DNA of 64,000 nucleotides from positions 1 to 64,000 of the forward strand of contig JAAILG010000119.1 in assembly GCA_012026655.1 (NCBI GenBank), given 5' to 3'. Made by a program: the position numbers and the translations under genes. Under the pieces are notes generated by a model. The model did no database searches. It was not told the DNA's origin and worked only from the letters and a program-made list of their open reading frames with translations. Source of the DNA: Hydrolagus affinis. Its lineage: Eukaryota. Below are positions 14,901 through 42,100 of the stretch, piece after piece. Within the stretch, counting starts at the first letter, position 1, and every line of letters begins with the position of its first letter.

Positions 14901-15040
14901 TATTAATAATATTTAAATTATCTTATTAAAATCGCTACAGCACCAATTTTGAATTTTCTTTTCCCTGCCTTTTTTTTTTGCTAGAGGAAGTCAAGAAACT
15001 TTGTGCGACTCAGTTCAATAACATTTTCTTCTTGGATTAA
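2905..15040 (+). CDS. CCZ1: Vacuolar fusion protein CCZ1 (MON1-CCZ1 Rab7 GEF subunit), 15 coding exons, 471 aa
   Basis: Exons 2905-2991, 3562-3659, 4018-4111, 5029-5106, 5620-5667, 5751-5834, 6231-6406, 7363-7444, 7975-8036, 9966-10077, 12008-12041, 12272-12389, 13974-14132, 14289-14416, 14985-15040. All introns GT-AG and phase-consistent; total 1416 nt. Translation MTTAQEKQFPPSLQNFFIYNPKLGPREGEEEKKILFYYPNEV...KFIYFNHMNLAEK...EEVKKLCATQFNNIFFLD* matches vertebrate CCZ1. Confidence 0.96.
4371..4391. repeat. (CA)n microsatellite
   Basis: About 10 CA units; a (TG)12 tract also lies at 9845-9868. Confidence 0.9.
10612..10826. mobile_element. Tc1/mariner (pogo/Tigger-like) MITE, 215 bp
   Basis: 27-bp TIRs CAGTAAAAGCCCGTTTATCCGGCACCC / GGGTGCCGGATAAATGGGCTTTTACTG (26/27 match), with TA on both sides. 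Confidence 0.9.
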
Positions 15041-15365
15041 TAATTGCTGAGATTGCCGGGTGGACGGGTGCAATGTGAGTTACCTGCTTAGTCAGATATT
15101 TAAGGTTAACTGAGCGACGTGCAATGGGACACAAGACTCCCTTAGCTCAAGACTGCAGGTCATTGGGCTGGTAATAAACCAGTCTTCAGCAAGAAACCCC
15201 AGCTACACCCAGGAATCTGCAGTGTCTGATATAGGAAATTCTCATGGAATGTAAAATAATGTTAAGATTTTAAATATTTATGATAATTAATAAAGAGAAA
15301 TGGAATTAAAGAATGTCAACTTTATCCATTCCACTCCTGTAATATATGACAAACTTGTACTGTAA

Positions 15366-15371
15366 AATAAA
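15366..15371 (+). terminator. Candidate CCZ1 polyadenylation signal
   Basis: AATAAA followed by GT/T-rich sequence. Other AATAAA hexamers occur near 15173, 15289 and 16784. Confidence 0.4.
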
Positions 15372-18311
15372 TTAACAGTAACGTTTGAGTGAGATTTTTA
15401 ACTCCTTGTACGTGTGTGTATTTGGCTTTATTTATGCATTAACCTTCAGTATGTGGGTTAGAAAAATTCTATTATTGAAGGTAAGATGTAAATGAGTCTT
15501 TTTACATTATATGAATTATTTGTACTCCACTTAAAGGACAATGGGCTCTTGATTTAGGTGTTCATCTGTATTTATCAATCTGTGATAGTTTCAGCAACAG
15601 TACTTAAAGTGTTTGAGGTAAGGGGCTTGGTAAATTGTCTGTCTTGTACTGTAGCTTTTCATGAGACCTTGAAATCAAGAGTGCATTTGTAGTATTTGCA
15701 TACATAATGTTTACTAATTTGCAGGATTAACTTGAAGGATTATCTATATTTTTAACTCTGAAACTCAGTTTATGGGATCCTTAATGAAACTGACCATTAA
15801 CAAGGCCGTACAGTTTCTAGATTTGTATTTAATACTATTTTTCAAAAAATATATTTTCACACAAAAAAGCAGGGAAATAGTTTGCATTTTTTTTAAAAAA
15901 AACTTTCACATGAAATAGGCAGCTGAATAATATAGTTCATATCACAGATTTAAATTTTAAAAAAGTTGTACTTTGCCAATTATAAATAACACCATTTTTT
16001 TCAAAGGCTCACCTGATTAGTTCCATTACTACAACACCCAACCTAAAATACTGGACCCATAGATACCCAGGTTCAACCACTGATTGTGCTGAGTTAATTG
16101 ATCTTAGCTTTGGTGCGAGACTTGACTACAATGCCCCTGGAGGGGATCAATCCTACTGTTTTTCACGTTTTCATCTCACACACGCACGGTGGAATATGGG
16201 GACGTGACCAGGTTTAGCTGTAATTCCACCTCACCCCACACCACCCTCCCCATCACCAAAAGTTGCATTGTGTAAAAAAGAAATTAAATCTATAATAATA
16301 ATCCTTGCATTTGATATTTGCGCTTTACTTACTGATTTAGTCCAGTGGAGATAGTTTTTCTCTCTTTGCCTCAAAAACCCTGATGGAACATCTATATCGG
16401 GTCTCCTCACAGCCATCTGGTGAAAATTGCCCCAGTACCTCTCTCTCTACTCATAGAAATGAAGGCTTTCTCATCCCTGTGAATCTCCTCCATGGCCTAA
16501 CTAAAGGCCGTCTTTACTAAAGTCAGGGAACAAGCCAGAGGGGAGAGGTTGCAAAATACACCTCATCCTTAAATAATGTGATTTAAGGTGTAAGAAGTGT
16601 GCTACCTGTAAATTTTGAAGATTTTATTAATCACCAAAATGTGAGTTTTACCATCTCCGAAGCCCTGATGAATACTGCAAACAAATAAGTGTTCCACTTG
16701 TTAACTATTATTTTCTCCCCATTTCACCCATTTGCGTGAGAAAGCTCATAGCTTATGTATCATTGTGACGATGCATATTGTGAAATAAAATGTGTCTGCA
16801 CTACGAGAAACTCTTGTTCTTCTGCAACTTACCACAGAACTACATTAGTTTCCATTGAAAATACATAAAAAGCAACCAATTTATTTTGTAGCACTGTAAT
16901 CCTTGCCCTTGATGTATTGTCTCGGTTTAAGATCACATCCAACGTATGGCACTTGTAACAATGCACCTCACCCTATCAGAGGACTGCATCGGAGGAGCAG
17001 CCAGGTTCAAAGTCTTGGTGAAAGAAAGGGCTTCAACCCACAACCTTTTCACTCAGAAGAGATGCTAACACACATTGACATAGTTTGCTAACTTTATATA
17101 TATTTTTTTTAAAAACTGAACCACAAGTTCAGGGCGGGGGGAAATCAGCCAAGGATCATCTCTATTGCGTCCTCCTGGATTTGCATGAGCAAATCTGTGT
17201 ATTTGGGGATAGTGGGTGAGAACATGGTTGGACTGGTTTGTAAGCGTCAGCAGCTGTATCATTGTACAAGCGCTGACACTCGTTATCCAGCCTCACCCCC
17301 AAAAAGGGTCAGATTCTGCTGAGGGCAAGATGTATAGTTGAATCAGCTGTGCTTCCCTTCACCAGGGTGTGGCACGATGGAACCAGTAAATTCCAGTGAG
17401 ATCAGCGTCTTGGTGTGCTGATGATATTAATGAAACATTTACAAAGCAAAACTGTTAGAAAATAACAGTAATATTTGCAACAGAGATAGCAAGACCAACA
17501 TTTAAACTGAAATTGCTTTGATCTACACTCGGCAACAGTTCTTCGTAAGAAAGGGCAGTGTGAAACGAGCATAAGATCAAAAATGTAACATGACTGTGGA
17601 AGGTTCAAAACAGATGAAGCAGGAAATTTCACATACAATTCTGCAATGGTAGAATATTCTGTGATGTACTCCAGGTATGTGCATCTGATGAGTTTAAAAT
17701 GAATGAAAAAATTAACACTGGCACTACTGCAAAACTGCTGAAGGGATCAGAAAACAATGTGAAAGTGACCTCTAGTGTTCATTATCTGCATGTTATAAAA
17801 GGTTTTTTGACAGTTTTCATACACAACTTCATAATAATCCTTGCATTTGATTTAGCGCTTTTCACGTCTTCTAGATGCCTCAAAGCGCTTCACAGAATAT
17901 ATTATAAAGTGAATTGACTGTCTATTTGTGGGCCAATGTCGCGCAGGGGTGTCTCATAAACAGTCATGGATTGAGTTAACCAATGTTTTTTATTTTACAA
18001 ACATAAATAATTGTAAAAACTTAAATAACCTTTTAACATCTCAATTATTAAACACTAAATATTTGATGTGAAACTTTACTTAAATACTATTCATAGATTT
18101 CTTTTGTGGCAAATTAATGGCAATTCTTGTAAGACGTGAGCATTGCTTTTAAACCAAGGTAGAAAATACCATAGTTGCTATACTTTGGAACTGTCACATA
18201 TGAATTCAAAGTAAAACAAAAAACAACAGAAGCTGAAACAAAAGTTTTTAAAAAATATTTGAATCATCTTTTAATGAAAAGTGATAGCTCAATTTGAAAA
18301 ACTGCTGGGTT

Positions 18312-34198
<15,887 letters not shown>

Positions 34199-34243
34199 CT
34201 TCAGTGACAGGGCACAGGGCGCCAGCCGCTCCAACAACTCCGC

Positions 34244-34257
34244 GTTGCCATGGCAGC
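34244..34257. promoter_or_regulatory. RFX X-box upstream of RSPH10B
   Basis: GTTGCCATGGCAGC is a 13/14 match to the palindromic X-box GTTGCCATGGCAAC. It lies 46 bp upstream of the ATG of a motile-cilia gene, in CpG-rich sequence. Confidence 0.75.
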
Positions 34258-34640
34258 GCACGACGGCATCCCCCGAGTGACCAGAAAGGGGCCACTCGCG
34301 ATTTCGAAATCCTCACGGCGATCCTCTTTGAATTGGGTGGGTGGGTTTCTTTTTCAATCCCCTTTTCACACTCAAAAAGTCCTCTCAGAATGATTATTCT
34401 CATTGTAGCCTGTTTTATAATTCCTTGCATTTGATATAGTATAGATATATAAAATATATATATATATAGTATTCTGTGAATCACTTTGAGATGTCGATAA
34501 GATGTGGAAAGCGCTGTATAAATGTAAGGATTATTATTAGTATTATTACAGCACCTTATCATGATGAAACATCTCAGAGTTTGGAGAGATTTCCTGTTAC
34601 TGCCTGTTGCATTCGAGGTGATTGTTCCACTTTGTGGAAT

Positions 34641-34910
34641 CCTTGGAGCTCAGTGGTTAGAGCACTCGTCTTACAAGCGAGAAACCTGGGTTCAATTCCA
34701 GGCAGGGCGAAACCTTGGGCGTGTTTCTTTACTCCACGCACCTATTAATAATCACTCAATTTAAAAAAAAATTGGTCAATTTCAATCCACGACTGCTGCA
34801 TTTGGCCCACAATTATACCGTCAATTAACTTTACAGTATATTCTGTGACGTGGTTCAGATGTCTAGAAGCCGTGAACAGCACTATATCAAATGCAAAGAT
34901 TATTATTTAT
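34641..34910 (+). mobile_element. tRNA-derived SINE, same family
   Basis: GAGCTCAGTGGTTAGAGCACTCGTCTTACAAGCGAGAAACCTGGGTTCAATTCC...GATTATTATT. Confidence 0.85.
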
Positions 34911-35159
34911 TATTTTCCTACTTTTGACAGTGCTGATCCCACTTTGCAACCATTTTCTTCAATTTGACAGTTCAAATCTGAAGCGTCCCATCCACCAACA
35001 GAATAAAGTATCATGTTCAAATGCAAGGATAATTATTTATTGTTGTATAAGCAATCCCCATTTCTTAAAAGGATATACTTTTGGAAGTGTGTTTGCAAAC
35101 AAGGGGAAGAGATCACTAATGCACACACATTCATGTGTCAATCTGGAAAAATTGGTAGC

Positions 35160-35320
35160 AAAACACCAAATACTACAGATGTTGGAAATCTGAAACAAAA
35201 ACAGTTGTTGGGAACCAGCAACTAAAAGTTGCTGGGAAAACTCAGCAGGTCAGGCAGCATCCATAGAGAAAGGAAAGTGAGTCAACGTTTCGGATCCAAG
35301 ACCCTTCGTCAGAACCGTCA
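35160..35320 (-). mobile_element. Penelope-like terminal repeat fragment with a minimal hammerhead-like core
   Basis: Minus strand GGTT-CTGACGA-A-GGGTC-TTG-GATCC-GAAAC-GTT-GACT followed by GATGCTGCCTGACCTGCTGAG. Related copies at 13800-13905 and 33415-33600. Confidence 0.65.
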
Positions 35321-35397
35321 GAAAATTGGTAGAAATCTCGCCTCGGTGTCAGAGTTTGTGGGTTTAAGCCCCACACCAGAATTTGGTCAATATTATG

Positions 35398-35700
35398 CCA
35401 TAATAATAATCCTTCCATTTGATATAATGCTTTTCACGTCTTGTAGACGTCTCAAAGCGTTTTACAGAATATACTGTAAAGTGAATTGACTGTATATTTG
35501 TGGACGAAAAGTGGAAGCACAGCAGTGTCCCACAAACAGTCGTGGATTGAAATGACCAATTTATTTAAGGTTTTTTTTGGAGGGATTATTATTAGGCTTA
35601 TGGAGTAAGGAAACTTGCCCAAAGTTTCACCCTGCCGGGATTCAAACATAGGTCTCACACTTGTAGAATGAGTGCTCTAACCACTGAGCTACAGGACTCC
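35398..35700 (-). mobile_element. Full-length tRNA-derived SINE with L2-type tail (short subtype)
   Basis: A box AGCTCAGTGGTTAGAGC, B box GTTTGAATCC, body TGTTTGTGGGACACTGCTGTG, tail ATATCAAATG..AGGATTATTATTA. Confidence 0.88.
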
Positions 35701-36156
35701 AGGTCTAATCTAAAATGATACTCCAATCGAGTGCTGGGGGTGTACATTGTTGGCTGTCCTTTGGAAGAGATGTTAAACCAAGGTTTGTCTAAGCTTGATA
35801 ATTGAGCTTCTTGAATTGTAAGATTTTAATCATACATTAATGCATATGATCAGAATAATTTCTTAAAACACTCAATAATCTGAAAAAAGTGCAGTCGCAA
35901 GCATATGCAAATGAAAAAAACTATGTAATTTAATAATCACAAATAAAAAAAAATTAACAAAAGCTTCCATGAACTTGCTACGAGTGATTTAAATGATTTA
36001 AAATGATATTTCTAGCACAATTTAAACAGATTTGAAATAGTATACTTTAAAATGTGAATCGGCAACTATATCTTGGAATGGCATAATTTGGAGTTAAATT
36101 TCAAGTTTTTCCTATATATATATATATAAAGAAACAAGAAGCTTGAATACAGCAGA

Positions 36157-39100
36157 TCATTCCACAGATATCATATCCAGGTTTGCTAAATGTCTCATGG
36201 TTGGACGTCCATGTGGGCAGTTCCAAGGATGCTCGATCTCACCCATGTGCGTTATTAACTTCTTCATCTCACTCATCTGAAGTGCGGTTCCAATCATCAC
36301 CTAACAACAGAGAGAGTTGAACAATATATTTTAAAAATGCTTTCCGTCCTTAACCTCTTCTCTGAAGCAACCAAATTAATTTTTATTGGACTAATAAAGA
36401 ATGATTTCTATCCTGATTTATTTTCTTTGGACAGCAGCATATTTTCAAGCAGAGATTATGCAATGGGAAATCTATTTGACAAACCTCATGTCCATGTTAT
36501 ACTGAACCACAGGCTTGTGTACTCCAGAGCATGTTAACACTGAATAAACTTTCTGTATAATAGGTCAGGATTAATTTAGAATAGTACATACCGACTTTCT
36601 GCAAGCTCTGGATGCAAACATCTGCCTGACTCTTGAAGGGTGACACATGAGTCCTGGAGAATCACTCAACATGAAAATAAGTTCTTCGATATCCTGTGGG
36701 CCAAAGGTCCAGTTTTTACTCGTTGGCAAGGAAACCAGTTTCACTCTTTCAGTGGGAAGGGCTATAAGGAAAAAAAATCAATTCTCCCAAGATGCTCATA
36801 GAAGCAATCATGCTAAAAAAAACAAAATTACATTTCATAGAGCGCCTTTCACGTCGGGAGGATATCCCAAGGCAGGTCAGGACCCGAGCAAGGGGGAGGG
36901 GCAGGCTAGGGGAGGGGACAGAGAGAGTTAAGAGGGGAAGGAGAGAGTTGGGAGGGCAGCAGAAGGCACGATCAAAGAGGAGGGTCTTGAGACCAGCCTT
37001 GAAGGAGGCAAGGGAGGAAGCAAGGCAAAGGGACTGTAGGATGGAGTTCCAGAGTGTGGGGACAGAAAGGCTGAAAGCCTGTCCACCGAGTGATGAGGCG
37101 GGTTGGGCGGGGGACATGGTGCAGACCGGAGCCCACAGAACGGAGGGGGCGAGCAGGATCGTAGGGAGACAGCAGGTCGGAGAGATAGGAGGGTGGCAAG
37201 GCCGTGAATGGCCTTGAAAGTGAGGACAAGGATTTTGAATTCGATCCTCTTGGGGATGGGGAGCCAATGGAGCCGGGAGAGTGTGGGAGTGATGTGGTCG
37301 CGGAGGTTAGTATGGGAGAGGACACAAGCTGCAAAGTTCTGAATGATCTTCAGCTTGTGAAGGGAAAAACTGTGAAGGCCAACGCGGAAGGAGTTTCCAC
37401 AGTCAAGCCTTGACTGTGCGTGGACAAGGGTTTCAGCAGCCTGAGGGTTTCGGCAGTGGCGGAGACTGATGATGTTGCGGAGACAATAAAGTAACCATCC
37501 TACAAGACTATGTAGATACAAGTGACCCATTATTTAAGTTTTTTTATATTCCGTGAGGTGCAATATTTGGGTGAAGGATTCAAATGGATGTTAAACACAA
37601 CATAAAATAAAGGGTTTCAGCAGAGTTTCAAAGGTACATGAAACAAACCTTCTTCATCTATAATAAAATCAAAACCATTTTTTCTGAATATTTCCAAGTT
37701 GTCCATAAGTATAGTTTCATTGACTGCTGTTAAATGAAGTTTCTGAGGTCTGAAAATTTAAAACAGAGTAGAGAATATGGATGGTAACTTAAGAGCGTAC
37801 ACTCTACAGCAAAGAAACATAATTTCCATTCTGCTTTTACCACTCATCTGAATGAGACACTTTAGTATTATAGCACTGCACATCCTGCAATAAAATATTT
37901 TAATCTAGACTAAAAACAGCAAAGATGGCATGTAAGACACTGTTTTAATTTGTACTCAACAATTATTCTATTCACCTGATTGTTGCACAGGGTTTATACA
38001 TTGTTTTGATATAAACAATATAGGGAGTAAAGAGCAATTCGAAATTAGTCCATTTAGAAATGCTCCGACACAAAAAAAGGACATCTTACGCTATAAGCTT
38101 TTGACCTTGAAGAACTGTGTGCTGCTGCAACATCTCAAAGTTGTACTTCTCATCGGTGGCATGCTGGTCCACAATAAACAGGTCAGAGTCCAGCTTGGTG
38201 ATGATAAATCCCAAATTGAACTGCCCAATAATCTCCATATGTGCAAACCTGTCTTTGCTGCAAAAGATGACAGTGTGAATGTCACTCATCAGAATACATC
38301 AATGGTACAAACTATTTCAATAAAACGTTTCAACATTTTACTCAAGAACATCATGTGTTTTGACGTAGCTGAACACCCAAATCAACAGATCAATTATAAT
38401 ACTTACATTTTTGAGCTCAAGATTCAGTGATCATAAAGCTTTAAAATCAATTAAAATAATAATTTGGTCACTTATTCCACAACTCTTTGTGCTGTATTTC
38501 ACCCACTGTCAATTCACTTTACAGTAAATTCTGTGAAGCGCTTAAGACACCTGAATGATGAGATACAACTTTTATTAGTATTATAAATTGTTAATAGAAA
38601 TGTAAAATTAAAAAATTACCTGATCTCCTTCCGAAGTTCATCCTCTGCTGCTCGATTTTCCCCAGGATTAATGTGGGCTCGAAATTGCCTGCATTTCTGA
38701 CGCCCTTCCTGGTCCGCTTGCTGCCTGTTGATTTTCTTCGTACTTTCACTCAGCTGTTCCATGGAGAAAAGAAGCATCTCAATCTTTTTATTCATTTCTA
38801 TAGGCCGATCAACCTGTGAAGCAACAGGGTCTCGGAGACGAGATGGTGAACCAGCCGACAAATGTTGGTGATCGACTTTTAAGCGTTTGGCGCCTTGGAA
38901 ACAACTGTCTGGGGTTAAGTCAGTCAATGGCACGCTGTCTTCACTTTTCTTTGAATTATCTTTCCCCGTTGACAGATCCATCTCAGGAATTGCAATGCCG
39001 CTTGTTACTGTTTCAGCTCTCAGTTTTTCACTTCCTTTCTCAACTTCAGAAATATCCCACAAGGAGTCAGGCGAACTGGTCAAACTGTCAGGCGAACGGG

Positions 39101-42100
39101 ATGAAGAGGTGACGCCGAGTGTGCTGCAGCTGAGCACTGAATCGGGTGTTGTGCTGCCTTTACCAGAATCGGTTTTGCTTTCATGGTTCCTGGAATCCTC
39201 GGTCTTACCACAACACAAAGACGCATTACAATTGTTTGGATCAGATACACAGTTCTGTTGTGGGCTGTTTGGTTGGGCGCAACTGGTGAAAAAAGACTGC
39301 AGTTTCCTCTGTCCAATCTGCTGTTTGCTGCACTTCGGATCGCATGACAAGGACTGCCGCAGGGAGAATGCTTCTCGTAACCTGGCAATACTGATAGACT
39401 TTATTTTCTCGGAGTGCGATGTGACAAGAGGGGCATCCCGCTCAGTTTTGGCGAAGTTACTGGTGTCCGTTGTCTGTGGAATGTCTTTACCATTTCCCAT
39501 CACTGGGGTGGGGGGGGGGGGGGAGGAGAATGAGGAAAGACAAAAAAACAATTTTGAACACAGACATCCAACATTAATTCTTGAATCTGAATCTCCAATA
39601 CAACTTATTGTAATATCACCAAGATATATGTCAAGCTCTTCTGGAAATTCATTCTATGTGCAATACAAGTTCAAATTGTTAAACAGTTCATTTAGTTTGC
39701 TAATGTAGCAAAAATTATGTTCTTTGGTTCGTTTTTAAAACTAAGAAGACAGATGTACTCGTATTTTACCCGACACCTCTTGAAACTTCTGGTTTACAAT
39801 GAACTTGTTGACACCAAAGTCATACATCTGAATAAGGGATGTTTTCAGAATCGCCAACAGTAGCTTCTCCTCTTGAAGAAAAATTTGTCTCTTGTCGGGT
39901 GTAACATTGACATCAACGCACTCTTTTAAAAAAAAATAAACACAACAATGTAAATGACAATGTTGGTGAAGCGTGCACACCTACCATAGAGTAAACTGAA
40001 GCATTACATCAATGCTTTGGTTGATTTAGTCAACGTCAATCAGTTTATTTGGGGGCAAATGGCAAATTAGAAACAACATGCTTATCTGTAGTATTTCTTT
40101 TTCTATCCTTGATTTGTAGTGCTGATACCATAGGAGATTAGAGATGTAGAGAATGTGGAGAAAGCCTGATATAGTTCATGCTCCTCGTTACCTTGGCTGG
40201 TGAGTGACTTGTATTTCAATAGTATTAAATACCAGCCTTTTAACATCTAATCAACCACCCTTGAAAGCTGAGGTATTAGTTGAGTGCAGAGGTGGGTTCT
40301 TTACAATACAACAGTAAAAAATCACACTACTAAACCCCCATTGAGATCACAGTTCAATGACCCCTGCAAAATACATAGCATCCTGGTTTCTGACTAACAT
40401 TGTATACAAATATAGCACACATCTTGCTGACACTCACCAGAGTCAACACAGATATTCAGGGCAACAAATGGATACTGGTGTCTGTTATACATGTGATAAA
40501 CTTCATTCACAACTTTTGAAACCTGAAATCGAAGGAAAGTTTCTCATTAGTAGGTTAAAGAAATCAGAGTGCATCTACTAAAGTGTAAATTTGTTTACTT
40601 ATTTTTTGCTCCATATTTATTTATTTTTCTCATGGGTCTTCTTTTATTAATAAAGAAAGGGAATGGACAGGCAGGGAGAAACAACAAAAAATTACATTTT
40701 ACAGTAAAACCTTGAAAGCCGGCAACTCACTAAAACTGCCAAGATTTCAAAATACAACAACTACCACAAAATTACATTTATTGAGCGCCTTTCACGTCGG
40801 AAGGACATCCCAGCGGGGCCCGAGCAAGACAGAGGAGCAGGGCAGGAGAGAGTTAGGAGGGAAGGGAGAGTTGGGAGGGCAGCAGAAGCCACAGTCGAAG
40901 AGGGTCTTAAGAGTGAACCAAGGTCTATGGCGTGGTTTCCAAACTGTGGGGCGCGCCTCTATTGGGGGGCGCGTACCGTAGGCTGGAGGGGGGGCAGAAC
41001 TTTAGAGACTTGAGCCCCTGAGTGCATGTGGAGCCGAATGTGAAGGGGTGGGGGGGGGCGCAACGAAAACTTTGCTGAGTTATGGGGGGCGCTGCTATTT
41101 AAAGTTTGGAAGCCATTGTTCTATGGTCTGCCAGTGCATTGATGCATAAAACATAGTTCATCATCATATAGGAACAGGAGTAGGCCATTCAACCCATCGA
41201 GCTTGTTCCGCCATTTAATTATATCATGGCTGATCTATATCTCTACTAGGCCTAATCCTTTTCGTGCAACTAAATCAATTGCAGTTACAGGGCAGACATG
41301 TTTAAATGATCTCCAGCCCACCCCAAGAGATGAATAAAACCATAACAATTTTGAAACTTAGCACTGATCTTTACCTTTGGGGGATCACATGGCCGTTGAT
41401 TAATGAAAAAATACTGTCGATCGGTAGAACTTCTACCAATTCCATGATCGCCTCGAGACACAAACCCTGTGATTCTTGAGCGTATTGTAGTAAAGAAAAT
41501 TAGTGTTACACATGCTCATTGTTGGTATTAATTTCTATAGGATATTAAATTTTGAAAAAAATATGAAACCATATATTTATAATCCTTTGATATAGTGCTT
41601 TTCATGTCTTCCGGAGATCTCAAAACACTTTGCACAATAAAGTGAATTGACTGTATATTTACTGGGCAATTGACAGTATATTAGTGGGCGAATCACGGCA
41701 GCCAATTGCGCACAGCGTTGTCCCACAGTCATGGATTGAAAAGACCAATTCTATTATTTTTTTGAGGGAACTTTGGTCATATGATAAATAAGGTGTAACC
41801 TACACTTTATACATCACCATGTTGCACCACAAAGTGCACACATCAGCTTTCAACACAGTCAAACTGGGAAAATATTCCCTTTGTACAAAGGAGTCACTGA
41901 GCAGTCAGTGTTGTGTCTTAAATGTGAAATGCCATCAGTTTTCTAAAACTATGTTTTATGTAAATCTGTTAATTAAATCCTGGGATTCAGTAACCAAATA
42001 TTGAACACAACCGTTTAGCATCACTTACGTGTACAGCTTTTCAGGAATTTCTGCAGCTTTCAGTCCATAGTCTTCACAAACAGTTTCACTAGGTGGCATT

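Noticed and set aside
17657-17745. C/D-box snoRNA-like arrangement (GTGATGT...CTGA...ATGA...CTGA)
   Set aside because: Imperfect C box, weak terminal stem, intergenic position, and no guide I can assign.
36749-37530. Overlapping 120-200 aa ORFs as a novel gene
   Set aside because: Frameshifted L2 reverse-transcriptase remnant.
38887-39708. 273-aa plus-strand ORF
   Set aside because: Antisense shadow of PMS2 exon 11; no recognisable protein features.
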